A stretch of 64,000 nt of DNA from Selaginella moellendorffii (GCF_000143415.4 NW_003314356.1:434001-498000), one strand, 5' to 3'; shown: positions 13,585 through 26,872, counted from the first letter of the stretch. Notes: a model not told the origin generated them from the letters alone. Numbers and translations are program-made.

Positions 13585-16500
13585 CTCCGGGCTCTTGTCC
13601 TTTCGCTCCTTGGGCTGAATACTCGAGAGTTGCTCCATGGACCAGTTCCGTCACTCCTTGGCTTCATGCTTGGGAGTTTGGCACCGTTCCTTCGTTCAGT
13701 GGCCCAAGGCTCTGAACCTCAGGTTCCACACCACTGTCCTTTGGACACGTGGTATATGACACATGGCATGTGTTACGTGGCATAAAGAGGGTTTATGTTC
13801 CGCTTCGTGGTGTTATCCTATGGTAAATCACCATAGGATAAAGGGTCAAAACCACATGTGCTACATTTGGTATTAGAGGAAGAGTCTCAGCGAGTACTAT
13901 ATAATGAGATTGGGCAACTAGTCTCGTTGCATACGCAGAGATGAAAACGATGATCCGAGTGGGTACACGTTTTGGTGTAAAGGCTTCGCAATCGTTCCTT
14001 GAGTATAGATGTGGTTACCTTGTTGTACCATATTCTGTGAGCTTGAGCTTGGGCTCACAAAAGGGATTGAGTTATTCCGTTTTGCATGAGTTTTCGCTTG
14101 GGCTTGTGAGCGAGGCACATTAGCAACTTGAGGTTACACTTTGAGTTGGCAGGATTAATATTAGCCTATTTGTGGTTCCATGAGTTGTTTTAGTGGTTCC
14201 GTGAGTTGTTCCATGTACCATGGGTGAAAGTAAATCTACCCTGGGTTTGCTATGAGTGGCAAATAGGCTGGTCCGTAGTTGTTTAGCACGACACTAGTGG
14301 ATCCTTCTTAGGCATGAATACAAGTGGATCAATCAAAACTGTAGGGATTAGTCTATTGGTTTGAGTAGTCATTGCCGTGCTCTCTTATAAACTTTTTTTT
14401 GGATTAGATTGAAGGCAGTGCGAATGTAAGCTTGAGGTTTAATCAAAGATGAGACCGAAAAGAGAGTTGTCAGGGACGAAGGATCAAAAACGTAAATCAT
14501 TTTCTCTTTTTTTAGAGAGATGATTTGCAACGAGGTTAACTCATTGCTCGTGTTCATATTATACAATCAAGAGTTCCTACCTTGATGCATCTTGGAGATG
14601 ATGGTGTTACAAATGGTGAGTTGTAGGATGGATAGCGGTGAAGCGCTAAATCATTTTGTCTAGGCTTGCTATTGGAAGACTTGGGTTGCAATGCTCAATT
14701 CATTTCCGGGGAACCTTGCTATTGCTCCTTGAGTAGCTTGGTGTTGGATTAGTTTTGAGTTTGGTTAGAAAGAGAGTGTCATGAGCTTGTCCATGTTGTA
14801 AACAAAAGTTAGTGGTGTTAAGTGTTGTAAGTCTCTATCGGTGGAGTGTGGCATTTATGTTGCATTTTGTCAAGTCGAGTTGACACTTGATACTCACATA
14901 AACATTTGAAGTAATGATATAGGCTTTTCTCATTGTGTTACTCAATTGATGATCAAATCATTGTGATACTTATATCATATCCATGTGATAATAAGCAATG
15001 TGTTTACGAAGTTGCTTGGTCAAACGATGATCAATCCCAAAGTGGTTGATGGTGAAGCTAGTCTATTTGCACGTAGTAGCATTTTAGTAGCTTTGACTGG
15101 ATTTTCGGTGGTGGTCCATTATGCTAAGCTTAAGTTGGTTCTTTGTTCCTTGAGGGTTTGCCCATTAAGTGTTGGAAAAGGGTTGTAGCATTCATTTGCT
15201 ATAACTTATTGGTTGATCTGTTAACACTTGGAGTAGATTATTGGACGGAGAAGATGTGTAGTTGAGGCATTGACATTGCTAGCACTTGTGTTAGTGGAAG
15301 TGGCATTGTTGTTTCGAGTGATGAAGATTTTCCTTAGAGCTTGATTTTCCATGTCATTTTTCTTGTTAGTGTTTTAGCTTCACATTGTATCTTGAAGGTG
15401 ATTGAAGAAGAGTGTTAGTGCATTGTGGATATCCGAAGATGTGGTCTCTGTGATCAAGCCTTGGATGTTCACTTTGCATTTTGCAAATGTCGGTGTTGGA
15501 TGTCGGAAAAATGGGCAAAGATGTTCAATGCTTAAACATACTATGGATCATGAGAATTGGTGTTGAAGTGAACCTATGTGAAGTAGTAGGTAAGAGGAAG
15601 TTTGTTAAGTCTTGAAAGTTTGCATTTCTAGACTGAGAGTCATTCTTTCTTTAGGATGGAAAATTTTTCCACAAATTTTCTTCAGCTTTTCTAATGGCTG
15701 ATCTATTAATCACTTTGCTCGAAAATCATTCTGTTTTCGAAAGCCAATACAAACTAGTGAAGGGGTTGGAGTTGACTTTGGTTAAGCTTAGACCTTAGTA
15801 GGTAGTTTGTATAATGCGACCCGAAAGGGATGCTGACTTTTGGAGCTAGGGCAATTGAGTTGGATAGAGTCTGGAGTTGGTGTAAAAAAGTGGTTGTTGA
15901 GCTTTTCTAGAATGGTGACCCTTGTGCCTTTCTTCTATAGCGTTGTGCTTGGTGGCAGGTTGCACCTTGCATTTCGTTAGACTCTATGAGAGTAGTGAGC
16001 TCTCACTGATCTTGACTTAGTATTGGTAGCCCTGTGCCTTGGCTGAGGATGGTGATGTCCAACTTAGTTGTTTAAGGTTAAGATGTTAGTGCCCATACTA
16101 TAGCTTTGTCTATGAGGAGGTTGGGTACCGATATGAGTCCATCTCATGGTCTTCACTTTAGTTTCGGCTGAGTGATGATCATGCATAGCTAGCCTCTTCA
16201 AGGCATGCTCAGAGCTATTGACTAAACGTGTTGGTGAGCTTATTACGGTTGAGTTGGATTCGAGTGGTCATTTAGTTTGTGTTTGTCCACGAACCTTTAT
16301 CTCGTGCCTAGGGTATTACGTTTATGTTGGACAAGTATATAACTCAATGACGTGAGTTTAGTGTTGGGTTTTGTAAAGGCAAGTTGAAAAGTGATTTTTG
16401 GTTGCTTTGCAACTAGTGATTGCTTGTAAACTTCATCGAGGACTGTTTAACACTTGCTTCGCTCAATGATGATTTAGCAGTGATGAGCTTGCTTTACCAG

Positions 16501-18337
16501 ATGGTGTTGTGGAGGATCGTGTCGTTGGACTTACATAGTTTTTCCATGTTGGCATATCGACTTTACCTCTATCGATATCATTTGGTTGCGTCTAGTTTGT
16601 AATATTGGATTTCATTGAGTTTTGGACGTGGTGAATCACTCTTTAATGAAGTGTTATCTGTAGCTGAGTATTGTTGAAGAACTGGTCTTGGATACTGAGT
16701 AAAGTAAATTCGACCTTGGTTAGCTTAGTTGCTAAAGAGTTTTGAGTGGTGGTTCACTCTTGCTTTCTTTTAGCTTTGTTATAGTGTTAATGGCATTGAA
16801 GTGATGCCTTGTCGTTGACATTGTTGATGTTGAGATTTGAGTGAAAATGAGATGTCTCTCCTTAGGATTGATATTGAGTTTCATTAGTCTCGATAGGGAT
16901 AGTGTTGACGATTTGGTTGTAACTTTGTGCTATTGGCATTCGTGCATCTGCTAGTTAACAACATTATTGACGTTCAAATGAACTAAGTGGCAAGTTGAGT
17001 TAGTTGTGTTCTAAACGAGATTGTTTAGTAGGGGTTGAGCTTTGAGCTTTTCCTTGAAAAATGATTTAGTCGTGCACGACACTAACTTTACAAGAGTAAG
17101 TGTTAGTGATCGATATTAGAATGTTTGAATCCTTGTTGGATTTAAATTGAAATATATCAATCATTGATGATTCTTCTTGTGCTTGATATGAAGTGAGTTA
17201 CGTCTTGTTATAGATGGATTCATGAAGGATCATTTAGTGATCACTTGTTGAGCATAGCTTCATTATGCTTAGCTTTTAGATTGATATAGACATGCTCTTC
17301 ATTAGCTTTGGCATTATGAAGTTTAGCTTATGGATGTGTTGAGGAGGATATTGTGGGTTGTACCATAGTTTCTTCTTTAATACTGAAATTAGTTCATGCA
17401 AAACTTATGATCATTGTTAAACAAAACTTGGCTACAGGCTTCTTCGAGCTTTTGGTTCTTTAAGTTTTATGCTCATTGTTCCATTTGTTAAAAGTTGTTG
17501 GGGAAAGCATTTTAGTTTGTTAGCTTCAATGTTGAAGTTGGCTTCTGCATCTAGCAATCATTAGTGATGATTGACTATCATCTTAGATAGTTGATTATCC
17601 TTGTCAAGAGTTTTGCTTGATTATTGTTGATCTAGAATGAATTGCCGTTCTTCGGGATAGTAGATTATTTTTTCAACGATGATTATACATCTTTTTATTG
17701 GTGGGATGATTGATGTTCTTTCATGATAGTTAGTTGTTCTCTTTGATAATTTATAGCTTTTCGCAATACCACAAATTATTTTTGGTTTGCTCTGGATTGG
17801 CCTCTTGGGTTGAGACATCAGTAGAATATTGCTAACATTTGCTTAGGCAACTTGAGTTCTTTGGTGTTGTTGGCTAGGATCTATTCGGATTGGCTAATGT
17901 GATAGTAAGCTCTATTTCGTTAAAGTGGGAATTGTCATTATCCCACTTGTAAAATAAGGTTTCCAAACCTTTATATAGTATATAAATATAACAAAATTCA
18001 ACTGCATTGAGGCACATGCCATTTTATTTTAAACAAGGAAATGTCTACTCAATCACTTCTCACTGCTTCACCTCTCTCTTCTCCTTGTCATCGTCGTCCA
18101 ATTTCTTTCCATCCTTTTAATATTGGCTCAGTTGCTCCGAGTCTAGGTGGAGCCCAAGTCCCCATTCAATCTTTACTTTCCCCTTATTAATAAAACAACT
18201 TCGTAGACTTCCAATAACATGCTGTAACACTTCTAGTATAATGCAAATCCTCTCAAAGAATTGTCTTTTAATATTAATACAATGGCATGGAACCCCATGC
18301 CATAATAAGTTACATTTTTAAATAAATACATGCCATC

Positions 18338-19200
18338 TCAGACTGTTATTTTTTGCCTCCAACGCCTATACAATAATCTTGGAATTTCATCACTCTCCAC
18401 ACTATCAGGATTTAAACCCAATAGTAATGCCATCTCTTCTCTAATACGTCCACGCTCATGTTCAGTGGTCGAAGAACCCATCCGGTTGAGCAAACTATGG
18501 AGATGCGGATAGTGCTTGGCTAGACAATATACATGCCATAAATGATGACTGGTGTCTGTCCGATCAAATGGCTTCTGATATACCGTTCCATCTGCCATTT
18601 GGTTGATTTCTGCAGCCACCTCCTGGACTGGCCGGTTCTCTATCACCATCGCTTCAAGCCGTTTTGCAAGGTCCCCCAGAACATACGGTTTCTTCTCCCT
18701 AGTTTCCATACTGCAAGAGATGGGGTGCACTGCATATGTGTGCGTGTTCGCTGCAGTTTTAATCGGCGAGTCATCGATGATGAGGATTTCACTTGACCTA
18801 GCAGTCCGGTTCATCACTACAGCCTCTGCCTTGACGAAGATGGGCTTGCTACCCCTCACATGGACCATAGTCAAGCAATCCTCCTGCGTTAGGAGAAAGT
18901 CAAATGGTAATATTACTCGCGTCTGATCGTGCATCATCTGTAGCAACGTTAATGCATTGTGGCGCATCATGGATGTCCAAACTCCCAATTGCAAATTGAA
19001 CCCGGCCCTCTGTTTTAAGTGTCGCATGGTCATTATTAGATCCCGCAGTTTCTCCCGTGTGATTAATGTGAATCTGTCTCTTTTGACCAACTTGCGACCG
19101 CAGGCTTTGGAGGGTGCAGTGACATTCGAGGACGAGCCACGCTCATGGGAGAAAAGGACACCGTTCAGATCAAAAACGATACAGTACTTTCGCCGTGACT
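18338..19200 (-). CDS. Last exon: FCP1/SCP (NIF) HAD-superfamily phosphatase domain
   Basis: IVFDLNGVL (motif I, DxDxT variant), LGVWTS (II), KPIFVK (III), ILIIDDSPIK (IV). Confidence 0.85.
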
Positions 19201-22200
19201 CTGAAATGAAATGCGTTAGCATAAAAAATGGTACAAGTCAATTTTACCATCTACAATATTAGCGAATGGTGCTCCCGATGGTCGTTCAGAGGGTTTTGGT
19301 CGAGGAAACGTGAAGGGCGGAAATACTCTCCTCTGCAATGTGGGGTCAATCGCATCCGATGGCGTGTGGGCACATGCCATTTCAGCTGTAGACTCTGGTA
19401 CAACTGGCTCAACAGTGGCATGGGGTGGTTCCGATGGCGTGTGATCACACGCCATTTCAGCTGGTGCCTCCGTTGGCAAAGTGGACATGACCGAACAGGC
19501 AGCAGGGGCGGTGTAGGGAGGTTCCAACGGCGCGTAGTCAGACGATTGGGCACACGTTGGAAATGAGGATACGACCGGCTCGGCGGCTGGGGCGGCCTCA
19601 TGCGGGTCCAATGGCGCCTGGTCACCGTCAGTTGGATACGTGGACAAGATTGACTCAGTGGTATGGGCAGCATCAAGTGGAGCGTGGTCAGCTTGCTTGG
19701 CGTTGATATGGATAGTAGCCTCCACCAGCTCTGATGACTCTTGCAGGCAAGTAGAGTCCACTGGCGGATCCATATGCATGTCCAAATATCTCCCTTCGAT
19801 TGAGATGGTATCCTCCCGTGCTACTAAAAACAAACTCATTAGCACATTGAATCGACTATACTGTATTTACCATCAACTGCTATTGAGGAACTAGGACCGA
19901 TATCACTTGGGCGCACTGCTGATTCTGAAGGATTGGACATACGTTTCGACCCTTGCTTGGCACTATCCTTCCTCGACACTAAAGGCTAGAGTTTGTATCT
20001 TAATTCAACTGAATAATCTCTACTTACCATTTCTTCTGCGACCTACATGGACAATGTTAGAAATGGTAAAAGGTTAGGAATGGATGTACTATTATTTACC
20101 TGATGGTTTGTCTTGTATGACCTTCCTCCGCTGCTCTTTGGCCACCTTAAGCTGGCCATCGTCGTCATCATCGTCATCGTCGTTATTGTGATCGTCACCA
20201 TTGTGAGGACCATCCAAGTCCTCTTCGTCCTCCTCTTCTTCGTCCTCCTCTTCTTCGTCCTCCTCTTCGTCCTTCTGCTCTTCCTGCTCATTATCTTTCT
20301 CTGGCTCCTCATCCCCCTCTTGCATTTCTTCCATAGGCTGCTCAGGCTGGATTGCTTGTTTTTCCAGGACCATCTTGGAAAAATCATCTGGCCGAGTCTC
20401 CATCTCAAAATACAAGACATCCATAGCCTGTTTTAGTGCGTGACCTAGGACCGTATCCTCACCCGACTGTCTTAACATGGTTTCTGCACGTTCTTGCACC
20501 CTTCGAAGACGACGAGATGAGAAAAACGTGGCCCTGACTTGAAAAGCATCCCTCATCCATTGTACCTCTCCATTGAGATTGGGGAAGGGGAGTCCGCCAT
20601 AGGAATCTGAGTTAGAAGGTGGTGACTGGCTCCTTTCACTCAGCCCTTGATCTGCAATGAATGGCATGAGCACACACGCCATAACCGCGAGGCATTACCT
20701 ATCATCTTTTCGTTGCCCTTCTTCCTTTTCGAATCAAACGCCTCTGATCCCGACGACTGTCCAACGTGCTTTCGCTTTTTATGACCACTGTCAGTTTGAG
20801 CTTGGCTGGTGCTTGCCTGTTTTGCCTTTGAAGAAGTGTCTCCTGCAAGGAATGGCATGAGACCACACGCCATTGCAAATATAATTTGTACCTCCTTTTT
20901 TCCTATTGCTTGTCTGTTTGTCCTTCTTCGACGCGCCACCAGTGCGCTTTTCAGTCCTCGTGTCTGAATATTCACAACGATCTATAATCAAAATGGCGTG
21001 AGGCCTCACGTGACCTTACCTTGTGCAGGTTGTGACCTCGGCCTAACATCAGTAGCTGTTAACGCCGTTTCAGCATCTGGGGGTGGCCACGCTCCTGCAT
21101 ACAGAGCTTGTGAGATAACATTTAAACTTAAAGTGCGTACTCACCAGGTTCGTAGAGAAGATACTGTTTTTCTTTGGCAACTGTAATTATATGCTCCATT
21201 GAAGTCACCTCTTCAATGGAGTTTGTCACCGCAACACACGGGACACCCTTGAGTAGTGCGGCTCGAAAGAATAGTCCGCCGTAGTTGTACTCGACAACGC
21301 ATTTGCCCTTGGAGTCACCCGCTATTGCGTTGAAGACCCAGCTGAGCATTTCCCATGCTGCACCTGGAGCTTTCTTTGGATTCGAAAGCTCCATAGCCGT
21401 CTTCAGTTCCTCAGGACGGGTAAATTGACCTCCCTCAGATCAATTCGATCGGCTTTGTTGAACGAAGCTGGGAAGTCACTCCAGTCCCACTCTGCTGCAG
21501 GACCAATAACAAGGGCGACTGTGAAGATGCGGACATTCGTCGGTATCTTCTTCTTAGCCATTATCCCATGGATCTCCCGCATCTCCTTGCCTTTCAACCG
21601 AGCCTTCACCTCGTTCAAGGCCTTCCAGAACTTGTGATAGGATTCGGAGTCGTAGATCATATAGTGGACTGAAGATTCCACCTCCGCAAGTCCCACCATT
21701 AAGTCAATGATGGAGCTGACTTCGTCTGCATGAGTGATCTCCTCGTTTGTGAAGTCCATCACACAAAAGATGTTCTTGACCTGCTCATCTCCGCGGGAAA
21801 CGATGCTCCTCCACCTTTGATCCTCATCCGAATTCACGTATACCCGGTAAGGTTCTCGATAGGCCTCTGCTGCGGGGTCGAGCTGTTTCTGAAGCCGGCG
21901 GTCGACATCCCTCTTAATGAAATTTGGATACTGATCCAACTTCTCAGCTTTACTTTTCGTGGCATCCTGCAGCAGATCGATGAACTTGGGGGCCCCCTTC
22001 ACGTACTCGTCGATGTCTTCATTTGACAAGTCCAGCTCTTCCATCATCTCTTGCGTGGTGTCGATGCTCACCCTCGCCACGGCCACTTGCTCGAAGATCC
22101 AATCCTTCAATAGCGCACGAGCTCTCAGAGTCGTGCACAAATCCTCGTATGTCACAATATGGCCGGGAGTCATTTTGGTCTTGTTGAAGACTACCTCACC

Positions 22201-23927
22201 AAGTAGAAGAGCATTAGCCACTGTCAGAAGGTCGTCGTCGTCTAGAGACCGCGAGAAACGTAAGGCGTTGAGCTTCAAATCATTGGGCTTCCGGCCGTCC
22301 TCCACACCCATTGAGTTTAGCAACTCCCCGTCATGGTACCTCCTTAGCACATCTACCCATTTGTCAAAAACAACTTTTGTCGCGAGTAGAATGTTATGGA
22401 TGCTGAGTGTGTCATTGACCCCCAGTGTTTTCGAGAGAAGACTCGAGAATTCCTGCAATGGAAATGGCGTGAGGCCACATGCTATGCCACATGCAACGAG
22501 GCTTACCTGCCAGGCGCTAGTTGCTAGTGCACGTCCTTGTCCTGGTTTTTGTGGCTTCTTCAGTTGAACCCAGAGCTTCCGTGTTCGTGCCAATGTCTCG
22601 TGCAGACCCGATTTGTAGCACATTTCTTGCTTGACATTCTGCGCGTGGGAGATGTATATGATAGATCGGAGGGGCGAGTTGCCTTTTATCAGGCGGACAA
22701 CTCTTGTCTTGAAGACTTTCTTCACCTCCTCGCCCACCATAATATCCACAACTATCTGTTGCATCGCCAAGCTAGAATGCTGCCCGGAGACGGCATAGAA
22801 CCGGATGTTCTGATCGTCCAACACCTTCCTATTGATCAAGTCTGGAAACCTCGTCTCGCCCTTCATTGTTCGGTAGTAGGGGATCACGTCTGCGATGTCG
22901 GGTGTTACTGGACTTGCCAGCATCTTCTGCTTCAGTTTCTCCACCCACTCATCAGATACTAGCCTGTGGTTGTATTTGCTTTAGATCTCGATACGGCTCA
23001 CGTCGATTGTATATACTTTGTTGGAATAGTAACAAGTACTATTATCTGCGACGATTTTTGCTGCCTCTTCTTGCTCTTTCTGCTCTTTGCGGCTCTTCTT
23101 TTTGGTGGGTGTAGTGTTCGAACCCGAGGCAATGGCATCACCGAGTAGCTTCTTTTTTGGAGCAGCAGAGTCGGACGTCGGCTTGAGCTTGACCACCCTT
23201 TTCTGCTTCGGGGTAGTTTCCAGATCGACCCCCTTCCCCTTCGCTTCGCAAACTGGAGGCACTCTCAACGGCTCAATGTTGGAATATAGTTTTTGAACAT
23301 CGCCGTAGGTGAGGTCCGTGGATTCCATGTGATCTTCATAGACCCGCAGCGTCTTTGAAATTGTGGGCCTCCTGGACAACCTCTCCCTAGCTCCCTCTAG
23401 GAATTCCTCATAGCCGCTGCCCCCCTCCGGGAAGCCGCTAGGATGTGCAAGGTGGATCTTGAAGGCGGACGCTGTCTCTACCACAAGTGCCAGTCCATAT
23501 TCTTGCATGGAACTGCATGGAGTGTCTGTCACTTGGATGAGGATCCCCATGCATTCTTTTCTCCCACCATCTGTGTTGTACAGCATCAGATCCTCGCCTT
23601 CCATCCCGAAAGTCCAACTGGTGAGCTCCTCCCCCTTCTCTGCATCCACATTGACAGTGGCTGGAAGAAGAACGCAATTCCTCGCCTGTTCAAAAATGCA
23701 CAACAATTAGAGCTGACAGATGAAAAGCTAGCAGCTGGAAATAACGTGAGGCCACACGCCATTCACCACTGCATCAGATGTCTTGAGGCTGCATCCTAAG
23801 ATGGCGTGAGGCTACACGCCATCTGTAACCGGACTGCACTCGAGAGCCCAATCGGTGCATGCCAATGTTGCTACTGAATGGCATGTGGCCTCATGCCATT
23901 TTCTACTTCGTCTAAAAGACTTACCAT
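18338..23927 (-). pseudogene. 11-exon cargo gene (~1,631 aa consensus): ParB/Srx-like + degenerate N4/N6-MTase-like + acidic linker + FCP1/SCP HAD phosphatase domain
   Basis: GT-AG introns at 23686-23924, 22453-22506, 21095-21144, 20964-21019, 20843-20891, 20652-20698, 20043-20099, 19979-20027, 19824-19870 and 19201-19247 join the ORF fragments in frame. Lesions in this copy: TAA at 22981-22983 (CAA in copy 2) and a 1-bp deletion near 21416. Confidence 0.8.
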
Positions 23928-25508
23928 TTGAAGCCGAATGGAGGCGTGACAATCGAGGCCAGACTCGCTGGCGAATGTGCACTGTGTGTGCAGCGGATCG
24001 TAGCAGCAAGGCTACTCTGCCACTTACAGTTGGAGAGTGGTGCTGAAATCTCCCGGGACGCCAAGTGGGCTGCGTGTGGGTGGTGGAGTGGGCGGCGGAG
24101 TTGGCGGCGAAGTTACAAACTGGGTGTGTCTTGAAGTGGACGCCGATGCACACGAGCGCGATGCGAGCGCGAGTGTGATGCAAGCGCGAGTGGACGCCGA
24201 TGCACACGAGAAACCTGTAGAGAAGTGAGCGCGATGCGAGCGGGAGCGCGAGTGTGATGCGAGCGGGAGCGCGAGTGTGATGCGAGCGCGAGTACAAAGC
24301 AAAATGCAAAACCTAACCTCACACGCGCGAAATGTCACAATGGTTGGTAATCCCGCCACGTCATCATTCCTCGGACTTGGGCGCCACCATTAATTTCTGG
24401 ATTGCCGCGCGCATGCAAGCACGCAAAATCCAAAAGAAATCCGCAACGTCATCATTCCTCGGACTGCATGCACGCGAAATCCAAAAGAAAGATCATGATT
24501 GGGATATCATTTAATACCCTCGCTATATTTATACCATGCATGATTGGATATTCCAAAGCATCTTGTATTTCCAAAAATGGCAGATGTTCAGCTAAATAAA
24601 GAAATTCTATCTGTTTCTATTTTTCTCTCAAATCAATATTATAGCGTGTGGGCTCATGCAATTTTGAACCAAAGAAACCCAAAAAACGTTGGACCCAAAA
24701 TATTTTGAAAAAACCCAAAAAACCCTAAACATTTTAAACCCAAAAATCCAGGCGTCCTGTGGCGTTATTCCTTGAATGGCGTGTGGGCGCATGCCATTTT
24801 CAGGGCCAAATGCTGAATGGAGAAAAATTCCCTTTCAGTGCAAATGCTGCAAGAGGCAGATGCCGAGCACAAAGGACTGTAACTACCTCACATGACACAG
24901 ATAAACTTTTCTCTATTTGGCAAAGATAAACTTTATAGCGTGTGGGCTCATGCAATTTTGAACCCAAAAAATGCACCAAAAAATTCTCGGCGTCATCTGG
25001 CATTATCTCTTGAATGGCGTGGGGCCGCATGCCATTTTCAGGGGCACATAGGAGTATATTCCTAGGATATTCTGACACGCGCGAGATTTTTTTGAGTTTT
25101 CTGGAGATCCAACCGTTAGATCGCAACTAGATTTTACAGAATGGTATACAATGTCTTTCTTGATGACCCTGCAAAGAAGCATCTCAATCGGACACCACAT
25201 GAGACCACACGAGCCTTACAATGTTTCAGGGGCATTTGCCATAGATCCGACCGTTATTTTGCTCCAAGATTTCACAGTTTGGTGTGCATTGACCTTTCCA
25301 TCGAAACTGCAAAGGGACATCACAATCAGATGCGGGATCACAAGAAACTAACTTCACTAACTCTGGTTTCACCAAGATCTACGTAAGGAGTTATGAAATG
25401 AAAGGACCCTCTCTATTGAAATGTGTTTATGGTCCTAGGGGCATTGTGACATATCAAAGGATTTTGCATCAAGTTCTGTATTTGCATGTTTATCAAGCTA
25501 CTGAATTG

Positions 25509-25542
25509 CTAAACCCTAAACCCTAAACCCTAAACCCTAAAC
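25509..25542 (+). repeat. Interstitial plant-type telomere repeat / telobox cluster (CCCTAAA)4
   Basis: CTAAACCCTAAACCCTAAACCCTAAACCCTAAAC. Copy 2 has two fewer units at ~40330-40349. Confidence 0.9.
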
Positions 25543-26872
25543 ATGTGGCAAATGCTGCGTGAAGAAAGATGCCCTTTCTGGGCAAATGCTGTAAGAGGCA
25601 GATGCCGAGCAGATGTATCTCAGGCTAGCGAAGGGGACGAACGAAAGCTAGCTATAAACATGACGGGATGCAAATAGATTACTAGGCTGGTCCTACGAAA
25701 ATCAAAAACCATAATTGAAAACATTGAAAATGCAAAAAGAAAGGTTTATAATATTTTTGAATTTTAGGCAACCAAAGGAATGTAAGTAGGGCATGTGTTT
25801 GTAAGTTTAAAAATGCCTCAACCACTTAAATTCCCAAGTAAATAAAGCTGTTTCTATTTTTGGTACAGGTAAACTTTATAGCGTGTGGGCTCATGCAATT
25901 TTGAACCCAAAAATGCACCAAAAAATGCTCGACTAGCATTATTCTTTGAATGGCGTGTGGCCTTATGTCGAGCATTATTCTTTGAATGGCGTGTAGCCTT
26001 ATATTGCCATAAATGGACGTACACACACAGCGTAATTATTCCTTTACACGGCGAATAATCTTGGCGCGGATCGCTGACATGGCATGGCAAAATTCGAATC
26101 ACTGACATGGCATAGCTGGATCGAGGCAAGGACATGATGTGACAAAGTTCAACCTCCGACAGCAAAGTCTAGAAGCTACTCAGTTTGAAATTTGTCAGAG
26201 GAATCATAAGATCTGGTTTGTCAGAGGATTTGATGTGACGTTCAAGCGTGTGTTATTTTTGAATTCTCGAACTCATTCCTAGGTCTATCATTTTTGTGCG
26301 CCGTGTTCTTGGTTCCGCTGAGCGCAGTGAGCGCTGCTTGTGTAAGCGGCGTTGTGGGCTGTGGTTTATGCGTCTACGAGCGGTTGCGGCATTGCGAGCG
26401 CCATTGCGAGCGGCAGTTTATGCGAGTGGCAGTTTGTGCGAGCGGCGCTACGAGCAGTTGCGGTGTTGCGAGTAGCGCTACGAGTAGTTGCGGTGTTGCG
26501 AGCGGCACTGTCTTTGGTGTGGCTACCGCTTCCTCTTGATATTCGGCACTTGTGCTTCCTGGTATGTTCACCATGGAATGGCTTAGGACCACATTTAGAA
26601 ATGGCATGAGGCCACATGCCATCTTGGGCCCTTGCAATTTCATGGCTAGCGTATTGTCATGTATGTTTTTACTTGCCTGCAGCTGTGTGTATATCAAGAT
26701 GGCATGAGGCCTCATGCCAATTTTGTGAATGCGAAATTTCACGTGGGTGTCAATAGCATGTTTGAATAATGGCATGTGGCCTCATGCTATTGAGGTTGTT
26801 TGGTATGTTATGATTTAGGCCATTCTCCAATCATTTTTTGTATGGTCTTAACTTCTTTTCTGCACTTTCAGA

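Noticed and set aside
21145-21800. Calling the cargo an active DNA methyltransferase
   Set aside because: The catalytic DPPY/SPPY and SAM-binding FxGxG motifs are not intact; only a degenerate fold is proposed.
23741-23899. Three palindromes spaced 60-77 bp apart, superficially CRISPR-like
   Set aside because: Spacing is irregular, the copies lie in a spliceosomal intron, the motif is dispersed over 13 kb, and there are no cas genes.
25509-25542. Possible chromosome end or healed break
   Set aside because: Only four units, internal to the transposon, and present at the same place in copy 2.
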